Numbered from the stretch's first letter, positions 28,433 through 39,338 are shown. The stretch is 64,000 nt of DNA from Minisyncoccota bacterium (GCA_022841985.1 JALHQL010000001.1:5529-69528), one strand, 5' to 3'. Program-made: numbers and translations. Notes: generated by a model from the sequence alone, not told the origin.

Positions 28433-30217
28433 TTAGCGACGGGCTTTCGCACGTTCAGTCTCAGTGAGATACTGTTTGCGCAGACGCACGCTCTTCGGCG
28501 TAATTTCAAGATACTCGTCATCTGTCATAATTTCCATGCCGCGCTCAATCGTGAGATCAAATATCGGTACCAAGGTGAGAGCTTCGTCCATGCCCGAGGA
28601 ACGGACGTTCGACTGATTCTTTCCCTTAGTCGGATTCGCTTGCATCTCTTCACCCTTAGAAGTATTGCCAATGACCATACCCTCATATACTTCCGTCGCC
28701 GGCTTGATGTACAACTGTCCGCGATCCTGGAGATACCAAAGCGAGTAGCCGAGCGCTTTCCCGGTCGCCATTGAAATCATCGAACCGACTTGGCGCTTCT
28801 TGATCTCTCCCGCATACGGCTTGAAACCGAGTACGCGTGAAGAAAGGATGCCCTCGCCCTTCGTATCGATGATGAACATATTCTTGTAGCCAAGGAGACC
28901 GCGCGTCGGACCCTCGAGTGTAAGGCGGACGATGTTACCGTGCTGAGTAAGATTCTGCAGTACGAACGCACGAGTGCCGAGCTTCTCGATGATGGCACCT
29001 TGAAATTCGGATGGCGTATCGATAATGACTTCTTCAAAAGGTTCTAGCTTCACTCCGCCTTCTTCGCGAATAATGACTTGTGGCTGGGAGACTTGGAGCT
29101 CATATCCCTCGCGGCGCATATTCTCGAGCAAGACAGCGATGTGGAGTTCGCCACGGCCGGATACGCGGAACAATTCTGCACTTCCGAAATCAATTTTGAG
29201 GCCGACATTCACTTCAAGCTCTTTCATAAGCCGATCGCGAATCTGGCGACTAGTCACATACTTCCCTTCTTTCCCAGCAAATGGGGAATTATTAACGAGG
29301 AAGTTGAGCGCGATAGTTGGCTCGTCCACCGCAATGGCTGGCAATGGCGCCGCCCCCTCATCTGTCGTCACCGTCTCACCGATATAAATGTCGGGAAGGC
29401 CGGCAATGAGTGCAATGTCTCCTGCTTTCGCCTCCGTAGTTTCGACACGATCGAGACCCTTGAAGGTAAAGACTTTTGTGGTACGTCCTGCACGCACCTC
29501 GCCATCCGGCTTTTTTATAAAGACGTTTTGATTGGGACGAACAGTTCCCGCATAAATGCGACCGACTGCGAGCCGACCCATAAAGTTATCATATGCGAGA
29601 TTGAAAGGCTGGAGCATCAGGGGCGCCTCAGCGTCGGCATTGAGATTTGCCGGTGGTACCTTTTCGAGAATGAGGTCAAGGAGCGGCGTAAGATCCTTCT
29701 TCTCATCGGTGAGATTCTTTATCGCAATACCTTCGCGCCCAATAGAATACATAACGGGGAAATCAGATTGCTCGTCGGACGCGCCAAGTTCAAGAAAGAG
29801 TTCGAGTACCTGCTCTTCAGAGCGGGCCGGATTAGCCGCTGGCTTATCGATTTTATTAAGTACGACGATTGGTTTTAGCCCGAGTTCCAAAGACTTCTTG
29901 AGTACGAAACGAGTCTGGGGCATAGGTCCTTCCTGCGCGTCGACAACGAGCAGCACCGAGTCGATCGAGCGCAGCACGCGCTCGACCTCGCTGCCGAAGT
30001 CCGCGTGGCCTGGCGTATCGACGATATTGATCTTCGTGCCTTTGTACTCAACTGCCGCGTTCTTGGCGTAAATGGTAATGCCGCGCTCAAGTTCGAGCGC
30101 GTTGGAATCCATCGACGTACCTTCAGAAGCAGCTCCGGTCTGCTTAAGGATGGCATCAGTAAGTGCCGTCTTTCCGTGGTCGACGTGTGCGATGATAGCG
30201 ATATTGCGTATCTCCAT
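28433..30217 (-). CDS. typA: Translational GTPase TypA/BipA
   Basis: RNIAIIAHVDHGKT, DTPGHADF, NKID, GRGELH, EITPKSVRLRK; start taken at MEIRN. Confidence 0.96.
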   Translation of the reverse strand: MEIRNIAIIAHVDHGKTALTDAILKQTGAASEGTSMDSNALELERGITIYAKNAAVEYKGTKINIVDTPGHADFGSEVERVLRSIDSVLLVVDAQEGPMPQTRFVLKKSLELGLKPIVVLNKIDKPAANPARSEEQVLELFLELGASDEQSDFPVMYSIGREGIAIKNLTDEKKDLTPLLDLILEKVPPANLNADAEAPLMLQPFNLAYDNFMGRLAVGRIYAGTVRPNQNVFIKKPDGEVRAGRTTKVFTFKGLDRVETTEAKAGDIALIAGLPDIYIGETVTTDEGAAPLPAIAVDEPTIALNFLVNNSPFAGKEGKYVTSRQIRDRLMKELEVNVGLKIDFGSAELFRVSGRGELHIAVLLENMRREGYELQVSQPQVIIREEGGVKLEPFEEVIIDTPSEFQGAIIEKLGTRAFVLQNLTQHGNIVRLTLEGPTRGLLGYKNMFIIDTKGEGILSSRVLGFKPYAGEIKKRQVGSMISMATGKALGYSLWYLQDRGQLYIKPATEVYEGMVIGNTSKGEEMQANPTKGKNQSNVRSSGMDEALTLVPIFDLTIERGMEIMTDDEYLEITPKSVRLRKQYLTETERAKARR

Positions 30218-30318
30218 AGCGATAAAATAAAAATGAAAAATGGCCGCAGGGGCCGATGGGTTCAATATACAATAGAGAGGATTTTATGCAAGGTCAACAG
30301 TATGACGAATATAATTGC

Positions 30319-30903
30319 TCAACACTCTCTGTGCAGAAAAGAACGACGGTGGATAGCGCTCGGACCATACTTACGAAGCTGTGCATAGTGCGCTTTGGTG
30401 CCGTAGCCTTTATGCTTTTCAAAACCATATTCCGGATACCGCGCGGAGAGTTCAAGCATAAGCCGATCGCGACTCACTTTTGCTGCGATAGAAGCAAGTG
30501 AAATAATCGGGATGAGTGCGTCGCCATGGATGATAGTTTCTTGCGAATATTCGGACGGCGCGCGAAGCGCGCCGTCGAGCTTTACAGTTACAAGTGCTGC
30601 ATCTGGCGCAAGAGCATTCACGCCACGAGAAAGTGCGCTATGTACTGCCCTCACGATACCTTCCCTATCAATCATTTCGGCACTTTCGAACTCGACCGCA
30701 AATCGCACGTCGCCACGAGCAGAACGTGCTTCTAGCATTGCAAAAATTTTTTCACGCTTTTTTTCAGATATTTTTTTTGAATCCGCTACCCCTGGAAACT
30801 CCTGGGCGACATTAAATCCTTCAGGTACAGCAACTATTCCCACTGAGACTGGTCCCGCCAAAGGCCCTCTGCCAGCTTCATCCACTCCGAGCATAAATCG
30901 CAT
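30319..30903 (-). CDS. rnhB: Ribonuclease HII
   Basis: GVDEAGRGPLAGPV, DSKK, ASIAAKV.RD, HKGYGT. Confidence 0.96.
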   Translation of the reverse strand: MRFMLGVDEAGRGPLAGPVSVGIVAVPEGFNVAQEFPGVADSKKISEKKREKIFAMLEARSARGDVRFAVEFESAEMIDREGIVRAVHSALSRGVNALAPDAALVTVKLDGALRAPSEYSQETIIHGDALIPIISLASIAAKVSRDRLMLELSARYPEYGFEKHKGYGTKAHYAQLRKYGPSAIHRRSFLHREC

Positions 30904-30909
30904 ACAGAA

Positions 30910-30917
30910 AGTATACT
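30910..30917. promoter_or_regulatory. Palindromic bidirectional -10 element (AGTATACT) for rnhB and dnaE
   Basis: TATACT on each strand lies exactly 6 nt before the respective ATG. Confidence 0.7.
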
Positions 30918-30923
30918 ATTCAC

Positions 30924-33900
30924 ATGGCATCGCGATTCATACATCTCCATACGCACAGTCACTACACATTCCTTCAGGCATTGCCAAAGGTGAACGAGTT
31001 AGTTGAGAAAGCGAAAAAAGAAGGAATGGACGCACTTGCGCTCACCGATGGCGGCAATATGCACGGCGCCATTGAGTTCTACAAGGACGCAACCAAAGAA
31101 GGTCTGAAGCCAATCCTTGGCGTTGATGCGTATCTCGCACCGCGTTCTCGAAAAGAGCGAGACCCGAGTATTGATGCGAAACGTTCGCGCATCGTACTTC
31201 TGGCAGAAAATAACGAAGGATATAAGAACCTCCTTGCCCTTGTCACAAAGTCATGGACGGAAGGTTTTTTTGAGCGCCCGCGCATGGATAAAGATTTGCT
31301 GCGCGAACATCATCGGGGAATTATCGCGCTTCTGCCTTCATTCGCGGGAGATATCGCGCAGCTCTTGCGCGCAGGCGACACAGATGGCGCCGCAGCTGCA
31401 CTTGCAGAATTTAAAGATATATTCGGTACCGACAATGTCTTTCTCGAAATCACGCACCATCCGCATGTTGCCGGACACGAAGCACTTATGAAAAAGATTG
31501 TGGAGCTCGCGCGCGCAAGCAACACGCCACTTGTCGCTCAACACGATGTCTACTATTTAAACCCTGACGATCGGGGCGCTACCGAGACCATGCGCCGCAT
31601 CCAGCAAGGCTCGCACGGCAGGAATGAAGACGAGGACTTCTCTTTCATCAGCGAGAAGCGTGCCCTCGAGCTTTTCAAGGACACTCCCGAAGCAATTGAT
31701 AACACGCGGAAAATCGCCGATCGTTGTAACCTTTCTTTTGATCTTGGGAAGTGGACATTCCCATCGGTGCCGGTATCGCCCAGTTTTAAAAATCATGATG
31801 AAGAGTTACGAGCGAAGGCATATGCCGGTATCGCCATAAGGAAACTTGAGGAGTCAAAAGAAGTTGTTGATCGCATTGAATATGAGTTAAAAATTATTAT
31901 CGGCAAAGGGTTCGCGGTGTATTACCTCATCGTCGCCGATCTGCTCGCCTTCGCCCGTGACAATGGCATCCTCACTACCACCAGAGGTTCGGCCGCAGGG
32001 AGCCTCGTCGCCTATCTTGTAGGTATCACTAACGTAAACCCGTTATTCTATAAGCTGCCTTTTGAGCGATTTCTCAACCCTGAGCGTCCAAAAGCGCCGG
32101 ATATCGACATGGACATAGCCGACAACCGCCGCGACGACATGATTGCGTATACAAAACAGAAGTATGGCGAAGATCATGTCGCACAAATTGGGACCTTCGG
32201 CACCATGATGGCACGAGCCGCGGTCCGAGACGTCGCCCGCGCTCTTGGACACGCCTACACGACCGGCGACCGCATTGCAAAACTCATTCCCATAGGTTCA
32301 CAGGGCTTCCCTATGACTATTGATCGTGCGCTTGAATTAGAACCTGATTTGAAGTCATTGTATGACGAAGACGATGATGCTCGCGAGATTATCGACCTTG
32401 CGAAACGCATTGAGGGCTGCGTGCGGCACGTTGGTGTCCATGCAGCAGGTGTTGTGGTAGCACCGACGCCGCTTGTCGAGTGGGCGCCCGTACAGCCCGA
32501 CCCGAAAGGCACCGGTAAAATCATCACCCAATACGATATGTACTCCATCACCGATGAGTACGGCGGCGTCGGACTTCTGAAGTTTGACTTTCTTGGTATT
32601 AAAAATCTCGCGATTCTCGCCGATGTCGTCGAGCGTGTCCGCGAGACACGCGGTGTCGAAGTCGACATTGAGAACGTCCCGATCGACGACCCAAAAACAT
32701 TTCAAATGCTCGCACGCGGAGAGACCGAGGGCACCTTCCAGTTAAACGGCTCTGGTATGACTCGCTGGCTTAAAGAGCTTCGACCGACCACTATCCACGA
32801 TATCAATGCCATGGTTGCTCTCTATCGCCCAGGTCCGATGGAAACGATTCCGCAATATATTGAACGCAAACATAATCCGAAACTCATCCGCTTCGTGGAC
32901 CCTAGGATGAAAGATTACCTTGATTTCTCCTACGGCCTTCTTGTGTATCAAGATGATGTTCTTCTTACCGCCATCACGCTCGCCGGTTACTCATGGCTTG
33001 AAGCAGATGCGCTACGTAAAGCCATGGGTAAAAAAATTCCTGCAGTCATGCAGGCGGAGAAAGAAAAGCTGCTCAAAGGTTTCGTTACCTATGGAAAACT
33101 CTCAAAAGAAAAAGCAGAGACGCTCTGGCTCTTGATTGAGCCCTTTGCAGCATACGGCTTCAACAAGGCGCATGCGGCGAGCTATGGGAAAGTCGCTTAT
33201 CAAACTGCTTATATGAAAGCGAACTACCCGGTTGAATATCTCTCCGCGCTTCTGACCGCCGATTCGGGCGACACGGAGCAAATCTCGATCTTTGTTGCTG
33301 AGGCGAAACGCATGGGTATCCCTGTGTTGCCGCCAGATGTCAACGAGAGCGGTAGCGTCTTCACTGTCGTCGGCGAACAAAAAGATGTCATTCGATTCGG
33401 TCTCTCATCTATCAAGAACTTCGGCGATGGGATTTCAGAAGCCATCATCACCGAACGGAAAACGCACGGTCCTTTTACAACACTTTCCGATTTTCTTTCC
33501 CGTGTTGGTTCGAAAAACCTGACAAAGAAATCCCTTGAGTCACTTATAAAATGTGGCGCGCTTGACTCTCTCAGCCCGCAAGAAGGCGGTCGTGGCACTT
33601 TGCTTGAAAGTATTGAGACCATGCTTGCTTTCCATCGCGAAGCAACTGCCCTTGCACCGCAGGACTCACTTTTCGGCGCGATCATGAAGCCGCCGCCACT
33701 CACTCTCCCTGCCGGCAAGCGCATATCGCTCATGGACAAACTTATTTGGGAGAAAGAATTGCTTGGTATCTACGTAAGCGGTCACCCACTTGAGGTGCAT
33801 CAAGAAATCGCCAAAAAAGCAGTCCTCTCAATTGCAAAAATAAAAGCGGAACCGCAATCAGGAATGTTGCTTATCTTGCCAGTACTCGTGTCGGTCGTGC

Positions 33901-34106
33901 GCTCGCTCCTTACTAAAAGCGGCGAGAAGATGGCATTTATCACCGTCGAAGATACTACTGATTCAATTGAGGCGGTCATCTTCCCAAAACTATTTAAAGA
34001 ACATGCGGCCGCGATAGTCCCTGGCGCGTGCCTCCTCGTAAAAGGAAAAGTCTCGGTCCGAAACGGCGAGACCTCGCTTGCAATCGAAGGCATTAAAATG
34101 CTGTAA
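30924..34106 (+). CDS. dnaE: DNA polymerase III alpha subunit
   Basis: PHP HLHTHS, RGSAAGSL, FERFLNPER, PDIDMD, YGFNKAH. Confidence 0.97.
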   Translation: MASRFIHLHTHSHYTFLQALPKVNELVEKAKKEGMDALALTDGGNMHGAIEFYKDATKEGLKPILGVDAYLAPRSRKERDPSIDAKRSRIVLLAENNEGYKNLLALVTKSWTEGFFERPRMDKDLLREHHRGIIALLPSFAGDIAQLLRAGDTDGAAAALAEFKDIFGTDNVFLEITHHPHVAGHEALMKKIVELARASNTPLVAQHDVYYLNPDDRGATETMRRIQQGSHGRNEDEDFSFISEKRALELFKDTPEAIDNTRKIADRCNLSFDLGKWTFPSVPVSPSFKNHDEELRAKAYAGIAIRKLEESKEVVDRIEYELKIIIGKGFAVYYLIVADLLAFARDNGILTTTRGSAAGSLVAYLVGITNVNPLFYKLPFERFLNPERPKAPDIDMDIADNRRDDMIAYTKQKYGEDHVAQIGTFGTMMARAAVRDVARALGHAYTTGDRIAKLIPIGSQGFPMTIDRALELEPDLKSLYDEDDDAREIIDLAKRIEGCVRHVGVHAAGVVVAPTPLVEWAPVQPDPKGTGKIITQYDMYSITDEYGGVGLLKFDFLGIKNLAILADVVERVRETRGVEVDIENVPIDDPKTFQMLARGETEGTFQLNGSGMTRWLKELRPTTIHDINAMVALYRPGPMETIPQYIERKHNPKLIRFVDPRMKDYLDFSYGLLVYQDDVLLTAITLAGYSWLEADALRKAMGKKIPAVMQAEKEKLLKGFVTYGKLSKEKAETLWLLIEPFAAYGFNKAHAASYGKVAYQTAYMKANYPVEYLSALLTADSGDTEQISIFVAEAKRMGIPVLPPDVNESGSVFTVVGEQKDVIRFGLSSIKNFGDGISEAIITERKTHGPFTTLSDFLSRVGSKNLTKKSLESLIKCGALDSLSPQEGGRGTLLESIETMLAFHREATALAPQDSLFGAIMKPPPLTLPAGKRISLMDKLIWEKELLGIYVSGHPLEVHQEIAKKAVLSIAKIKAEPQSGMLLILPVLVSVVRSLLTKSGEKMAFITVEDTTDSIEAVIFPKLFKEHAAAIVPGACLLVKGKVSVRNGETSLAIEGIKML

Positions 34107-34179
34107 AACAGTTGGTCTCGCCATCCCTCGCCGTAAAACGGACGGAGCGTTCTAGTCGATTCCGGTAAATCGTTCCCTG

Positions 34180-35745
34180 CTATACCGCTTGGGAAATACG
34201 GGCGACGACAAGTTCGTGAGGGAGACTCGCAAGAAACCATCCGGCTTTGGGACCTGAATCGCGATTGAGGAAGATGCGATAGATGGCCTGAAAAAGTTCT
34301 TTCGGCTGTATAGGAATCTCGGTCTTGAGCTCATGAAGACGCAAATGAAGTTCTTCGCCCGAACGCGCACCTTCCTGAAGAAATGCAGCAAGTGCTGAGA
34401 GCGCCTTCTTTTGCGTATCGGAAAGTTCGACATTCGGCATTTCTTCTTGTAATTCATATTTAAATTCTTCTGGGGCGTAGGTTGAAAGCCAGAATTTGGC
34501 ATACCGCGCACGCTCTTCGAGCATCGACGCCTCATCTTCATTCAGTGCACTTCCCTTTGTTCTCATTGCTTCTTCTTTGAGTGAAAGATGTGCCATTTGT
34601 ACGATGAATGCGACTTCGCGGAAGCGCATTACCCAGGGGGCAGTAAGTGCCGCGCGACTCTCTGGAAGCTCACAGAGCGCAAAGAGACGCGAGTAATCAT
34701 CTGCCTTCCCTTCGCGCACACCAAGAGCCAGTTCATCATACCAGTCATAGAGCCGTGGCACTGATTCCCCTGCAGGATCAATATCGATCTGCTCGCGAAT
34801 ATCTTTCCCGATGAGTGCAAGACGGAAAATTTGAGGTGGGAAAAGATCGCACATATCTTTAGCGCTACTCCCGCGACCTTTTGAGGAAGACATTTTCTTT
34901 CCGCCAACAAGAAAGAATTCATAGGGTATATCGAAGGGCGGTTCCTGGCCGAACACTTCACGACAAATATGATTCGCAACGTCGCGCGAACCGCCTTTAG
35001 TTGAGTGATCCTTACCACCTCCCTCGATGTCGACACCTTGTGCAATCCACTTCGCAGCCCAATCAACTTTCCAGAAAAGCTTCGCTGCTCCTTTCCATGG
35101 AGCAGCACGACTTGTATGCCCACAACTCTTCACCTCGTCCAGATTCTTGTCGCACGCATACCCGACGGTCTGACCATCATAATCGTATGCACGGGTCGTC
35201 ATTATCTTTCCGCACGCTTCACATACAACGGAAATCGGAAGCCATGACTCATCTTTCACAGATCCGGAAACCTCTTTCAGAATGCGCCGCACATCGTTCG
35301 CGCGCGCAAGTGCACTCTCGATAAACGGATCCATCTTCCCCGACTGATACAATTCAGTTGCGCGATAATAGCTCGGGGTAAAACCGGCTTTTTGGTGCAC
35401 TCCGACGAATTCATCGCCAAAATATTCTGCGTAATTCTTAAAACCCGGCTCTGGGCTCGGGACTGTATATAAAGGCTTTCCGAGATGCTCTCTGAATTTC
35501 TCCGCATCAAGGTAACCCGGTATCGAATCGAAGGGATCAAAGTCATTGAGCTCGAAACGAAACTCATTTGCTATACCTTGTTCCGAAAAAACTTCTGAAA
35601 TAAGACTATGTATTGCGACACCTCGCATACTCCCGACGTGCACCCGACCGGAGAGTGTCTTCTCATCGCGAATAAGAAACGTCTTTCCGTTCCGAGGCGT
35701 ACGCGTATTCCGGATCTCGCTCGCTATGCGGTCAGCCCACAACAT
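34180..35745 (-). CDS. lysK: Class I lysyl-tRNA synthetase
   Basis: WAD, SGRVHVG, KLFWKVDW, GKDH, KMSSSKG, GPKAG. Confidence 0.93.
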   Translation of the reverse strand: MLWADRIASEIRNTRTPRNGKTFLIRDEKTLSGRVHVGSMRGVAIHSLISEVFSEQGIANEFRFELNDFDPFDSIPGYLDAEKFREHLGKPLYTVPSPEPGFKNYAEYFGDEFVGVHQKAGFTPSYYRATELYQSGKMDPFIESALARANDVRRILKEVSGSVKDESWLPISVVCEACGKIMTTRAYDYDGQTVGYACDKNLDEVKSCGHTSRAAPWKGAAKLFWKVDWAAKWIAQGVDIEGGGKDHSTKGGSRDVANHICREVFGQEPPFDIPYEFFLVGGKKMSSSKGRGSSAKDMCDLFPPQIFRLALIGKDIREQIDIDPAGESVPRLYDWYDELALGVREGKADDYSRLFALCELPESRAALTAPWVMRFREVAFIVQMAHLSLKEEAMRTKGSALNEDEASMLEERARYAKFWLSTYAPEEFKYELQEEMPNVELSDTQKKALSALAAFLQEGARSGEELHLRLHELKTEIPIQPKELFQAIYRIFLNRDSGPKAGWFLASLPHELVVARISQAV

Positions 35746-35781
35746 GAATCCATCGTATCACCTAGTAGGTGATTTGCTAAA

Positions 35782-36255
35782 TTATGCTACTTTCTCGATC
35801 GTATACGTTTGCTTGCCGTTCGGCGTACTGAAAGCAAAGACATCACCCTTCTTCTTTCCCATAAGCGCAGCCCCAAGAGGGGACAGGTGAGAAAGCTTTT
35901 TCACACGCATATCAGCCTCTTCACTACCGACGATAATGTATTCATGCACATCCGCACTCCCCTCTTTTCTTATTGAAACTTTTGAGCCGAAGCTAACCTC
36001 GTTTTTCTTTTTACCATCAGTAATGATTTTTGTGTACTTCACCAATTCTTCGAGTTTCTTGATGCGCTCTTCAGCCGCAGCTTGCAAATCACGCGCTTCT
36101 TGATACTCGGCATTTTCTGAGAGATCACCGAGCGAACGAGCATATTCGAGATTCTTCGCAATCTCAGTGCGACGCACTGTTTTCAAGTGCTCAAGCTCGT
36201 GTATCATCTCATCGAATTTCTCTTGTGATACGACGGTATTTTGTGCATCGGACAT
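35782..36255 (-). CDS. greA: Transcription elongation factor GreA
   Basis: GDLSENAEY, SPLGAALMGK. Confidence 0.96.
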   Translation of the reverse strand: MSDAQNTVVSQEKFDEMIHELEHLKTVRRTEIAKNLEYARSLGDLSENAEYQEARDLQAAAEERIKKLEELVKYTKIITDGKKKNEVSFGSKVSIRKEGSADVHEYIIVGSEEADMRVKKLSHLSPLGAALMGKKKGDVFAFSTPNGKQTYTIEKVA

Positions 36256-36352
36256 AATGAAGTATTAAAAAATTATAAAGGGACGTTGTGTGTGCGCATT
36301 GTACGCGAGCAATACGAGAGTGCAATAGCTGTACTGATGTGACAATACATAA

Positions 36353-36384
36353 TAAAAGGGGATGAGTCGCGTGACCCATCCCCC
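36353..36384 (-). terminator. Intrinsic terminator after ppdK
   Basis: Stem AGGGGATG/CATCCCCT followed by TTT on the minus strand. Confidence 0.7.
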
Positions 36385-36406
36385 TGTCCACGAATTTCAC
36401 GTGGCG

Positions 36407-39178
36407 TTAGCTTTTGCTCTCCTCCTCTCTAATGGCAGCCTGTGCCGCCGCCAATCGCGCAATTGCTACGCGATATGGTGAACAACTTATATAATCCAGA
36501 CCGACCTTATGAAAGAACTCTATTGAACCCGGATCGCCGCCATGCTCACCACAAATGCCGAGCTTGATGCCGGGACGTGTTTCTCTGCCGCCGACAATAC
36601 CTTGTCTGATCAAAGTGCCGACCCCTTCTCGATCGAGCATCGCGAAAGGGTCCGCGTCCATGATCTTGTTGTTTCGATAGAAGCCAATAAACTTCGCAGC
36701 GTCGTCACGGGAAAATCCAAACGTCGTCTGAGTGAGATCATTGGTTCCAAATGAAAAGAACTCTGCTTCCTGTGCAATCTGATCGGCTGTCACGCAGGCG
36801 CGTGGTAACTCGATCATCGTTCCCACCAGATACTCTATCGTGACTCCATACCGGTCCATGGTTTCTTGCGCGACCTCGCGCACCAAGTCCTTCTGTGACT
36901 TCATCTCGGACACCATACCCACTAAAGGGATCATGATCTCCGGGACTATTTTCTTACCCTCTTTCGCCAACTGGCAAGCCGCTTCCATAATGGCGCGAAC
37001 TTGCATTCGCGTAATTTCCGGCATCGTAATCCCGAGCCGGCACCCGCGCAATCCCAACATCGGATTGAACTCATGGAGTTCCTCGACACGGGCCAGCAAA
37101 CGACGCTTCTCTTCGAGATCTGTGGGACGAGTGCCCATAAATTCCAAATGTGCGACTTCAACCATCAGATCTTCACGTTTCGGCAGAAACTCGTGCAAAG
37201 GCGGATCCAGTAATCGAATGGTTACTGGGAACCCTTCCATAACACGGTACAGCCCAATGAAGTCCTCCCTCTGCAATGACAAGAGCTGTGCAAGAAATTC
37301 CTCTCGCTCTTCCGTGGTTCGCGCGAGAATCATGCTCTGCATGATTTTGATGCGGTTTTCGGCAAAGAACATGTGCTCCGTGCGAACGAGACCAATTCCT
37401 TCCGCACCGAAGCCCCGTGCAATCTTCGCCTGATCCGGTACATCCGCATTCGCTCGCACTTTCAATTTTCTCTTGCCGTCTGCCCATGAGAGCAATGTGG
37501 AGAAAAGAGAATGTTTCTCAGATTTGCTCGGATCCAATTTCCCCTGGATGACCTGAATGACTTCAGAATCCATCACGGGAATACTGCCAGAATAGACGTG
37601 CCCCATCGAACCGTTCACAGAAATGAAATCGCCTTCGCGAAACACCTCCGAGCCGATCCTGATGGACTGCCTATTGATGACCTCAATGGCTTCACACCCA
37701 ACCACACAGACTTTACCCATCTGTCTAGCCACTACCGCTGCATGCGATGTCATGCCGCCACGAGCAGTTATAAAGCCCTCCGCGGCATTCATCCCATGAA
37801 TATCGTCGGGGCTCGTTTCCTGTCGCACCAACACCACCCGCTTACCAGAGGACTTTCTTTTAACAGCCTCCTCTGAAGTAAACACAATCTCCCCTGATGC
37901 AGCTCCCGGTCCTGCCGGCAACCCTTTGCAAAGCAGTGTAGCCTTACTCTCCTCCTTCGTATTGAAGATGGGATAGAGATACTGCTCCAACTGATCGGGA
38001 CTGACTCGCAACAACGCTTCGCGTTCCGAAATGAGTCCTTCATGGACCATGTCAATAGCGATGCGTACCGCGGCAATACCGGTCCGTTTGCCCACACGTG
38101 TTTGCAACATATAGAGCTTGCCCTCTTGAATCGTGAACTCCAAGTCGAGCATGTCACGATAGTGCCGCTCGAGAATCTTGTACGTACGTACCAGCTCCTC
38201 ATAAGCTTCCGGCACTTCCTCCATAAGGGCACTCATCGGAAGAGGGGTTCTGATGCCAGCGACGACATCTTCCCCTTGCGCATCCATCAAGCACTCCCCG
38301 AAGAACACCTTCTCACCTGAATTGGGATTGCGCGTGAACGCGACACCCGTACCACTTGTGTTTCCCATATTCCCAAAGACCATAGCCATGACATTGACTG
38401 CTGTCCCCCAGGAGTCTGGAATACCATTTAGTCGTCGGTAGGTGACAGCGCGTGCGCCATTCCAAGAAGAGAACACAGCATGAATCGCCATGTTCAACTG
38501 CTCATGCGCATCGTCTGGAAAGTTTTTTCCCGTTTCTTTCTTCACCAAGATCTTAAAACTCTCCACAAGATCGCGCAAAGATCCCACACGGAAATCGGTA
38601 TCATGCACGATTCCCATTTCCACCTTTTTGCGATTTAAAATTTCTTCAAAAAGATGTCGTGGGACTCCCATGACAATACTGCCGAACATGGCAATGAATC
38701 GACGATAACTGTCCTGCGCGAATCGCTCATTACCTGTTTTTTGGGCAAGTCCTTTTACCGTTTTCCTCGTAAGTCCGACATTCAGTACCGTGTCCATCAT
38801 CCCTGGCATGGATGCCTGGGAACCGGACCGGACTGAAAGGAGAAGGGGGTTTTCGGAATTTCCAAACTTCAGACTCATCAGGTGTTCGATTTTCTCAAGT
38901 GCTTCTTTGACCGAATCCAACATGCGGAGAGGATAGATATTCCCCCGCTTGTAATACTCAATACAAGCTTCGGTCGTGATAGTGAAGCCTGGAGGAACAG
39001 GAATCCCAAGATTGGTCATCTCTGCCAATCCTGCGCCCTTGCCGCCAAGCAATTCCCTCATACGGGCATCGCCTTCGGCTTCCCCATCACCAAAGAAATA
39101 TACCCATTTGGGAATACTTCCTTCTAACGTTGCACCGTCAAGTTCCGGAAATATACTTCCCTCTTTCCGCTGCGTCAT
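36407..39178 (-). CDS. ppdK: Pyruvate, phosphate dikinase
   Basis: LLGGKGAGL, SMPGMMDT, GGMTSHAAVVAR phospho-His, FSFGTNDL, GICGEHGG; SD AGGAGG. Confidence 0.97.
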   Translation of the reverse strand: MTQRKEGSIFPELDGATLEGSIPKWVYFFGDGEAEGDARMRELLGGKGAGLAEMTNLGIPVPPGFTITTEACIEYYKRGNIYPLRMLDSVKEALEKIEHLMSLKFGNSENPLLLSVRSGSQASMPGMMDTVLNVGLTRKTVKGLAQKTGNERFAQDSYRRFIAMFGSIVMGVPRHLFEEILNRKKVEMGIVHDTDFRVGSLRDLVESFKILVKKETGKNFPDDAHEQLNMAIHAVFSSWNGARAVTYRRLNGIPDSWGTAVNVMAMVFGNMGNTSGTGVAFTRNPNSGEKVFFGECLMDAQGEDVVAGIRTPLPMSALMEEVPEAYEELVRTYKILERHYRDMLDLEFTIQEGKLYMLQTRVGKRTGIAAVRIAIDMVHEGLISEREALLRVSPDQLEQYLYPIFNTKEESKATLLCKGLPAGPGAASGEIVFTSEEAVKRKSSGKRVVLVRQETSPDDIHGMNAAEGFITARGGMTSHAAVVARQMGKVCVVGCEAIEVINRQSIRIGSEVFREGDFISVNGSMGHVYSGSIPVMDSEVIQVIQGKLDPSKSEKHSLFSTLLSWADGKRKLKVRANADVPDQAKIARGFGAEGIGLVRTEHMFFAENRIKIMQSMILARTTEEREEFLAQLLSLQREDFIGLYRVMEGFPVTIRLLDPPLHEFLPKREDLMVEVAHLEFMGTRPTDLEEKRRLLARVEELHEFNPMLGLRGCRLGITMPEITRMQVRAIMEAACQLAKEGKKIVPEIMIPLVGMVSEMKSQKDLVREVAQETMDRYGVTIEYLVGTMIELPRACVTADQIAQEAEFFSFGTNDLTQTTFGFSRDDAAKFIGFYRNNKIMDADPFAMLDREGVGTLIRQGIVGGRETRPGIKLGICGEHGGDPGSIEFFHKVGLDYISCSPYRVAIARLAAAQAAIREEESKS

Positions 39179-39338
39179 ACGCTAGTCCTCCTTTGTATGA
39201 AGTGTAAGTGAGTGAACAAACTCGAACTCTTGGCAAACAGCACTATGCCTCCCTGTAAGATAGACGTCGTATACGCCCTCCTTTCATTCGATAGAATGTA
39301 TAGGTTTATTCACAATGTACATCGCGATATCCTCGATG

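Noticed and set aside
34180-35745. Class I LysRS as a novelty
   Set aside because: Its scattered bacterial distribution is established knowledge.
39122-39130. TTCTAACG resembling the GIY-YIG element end
   Set aside because: Only a partial match inside the ppdK coding sequence, with no partner repeat.
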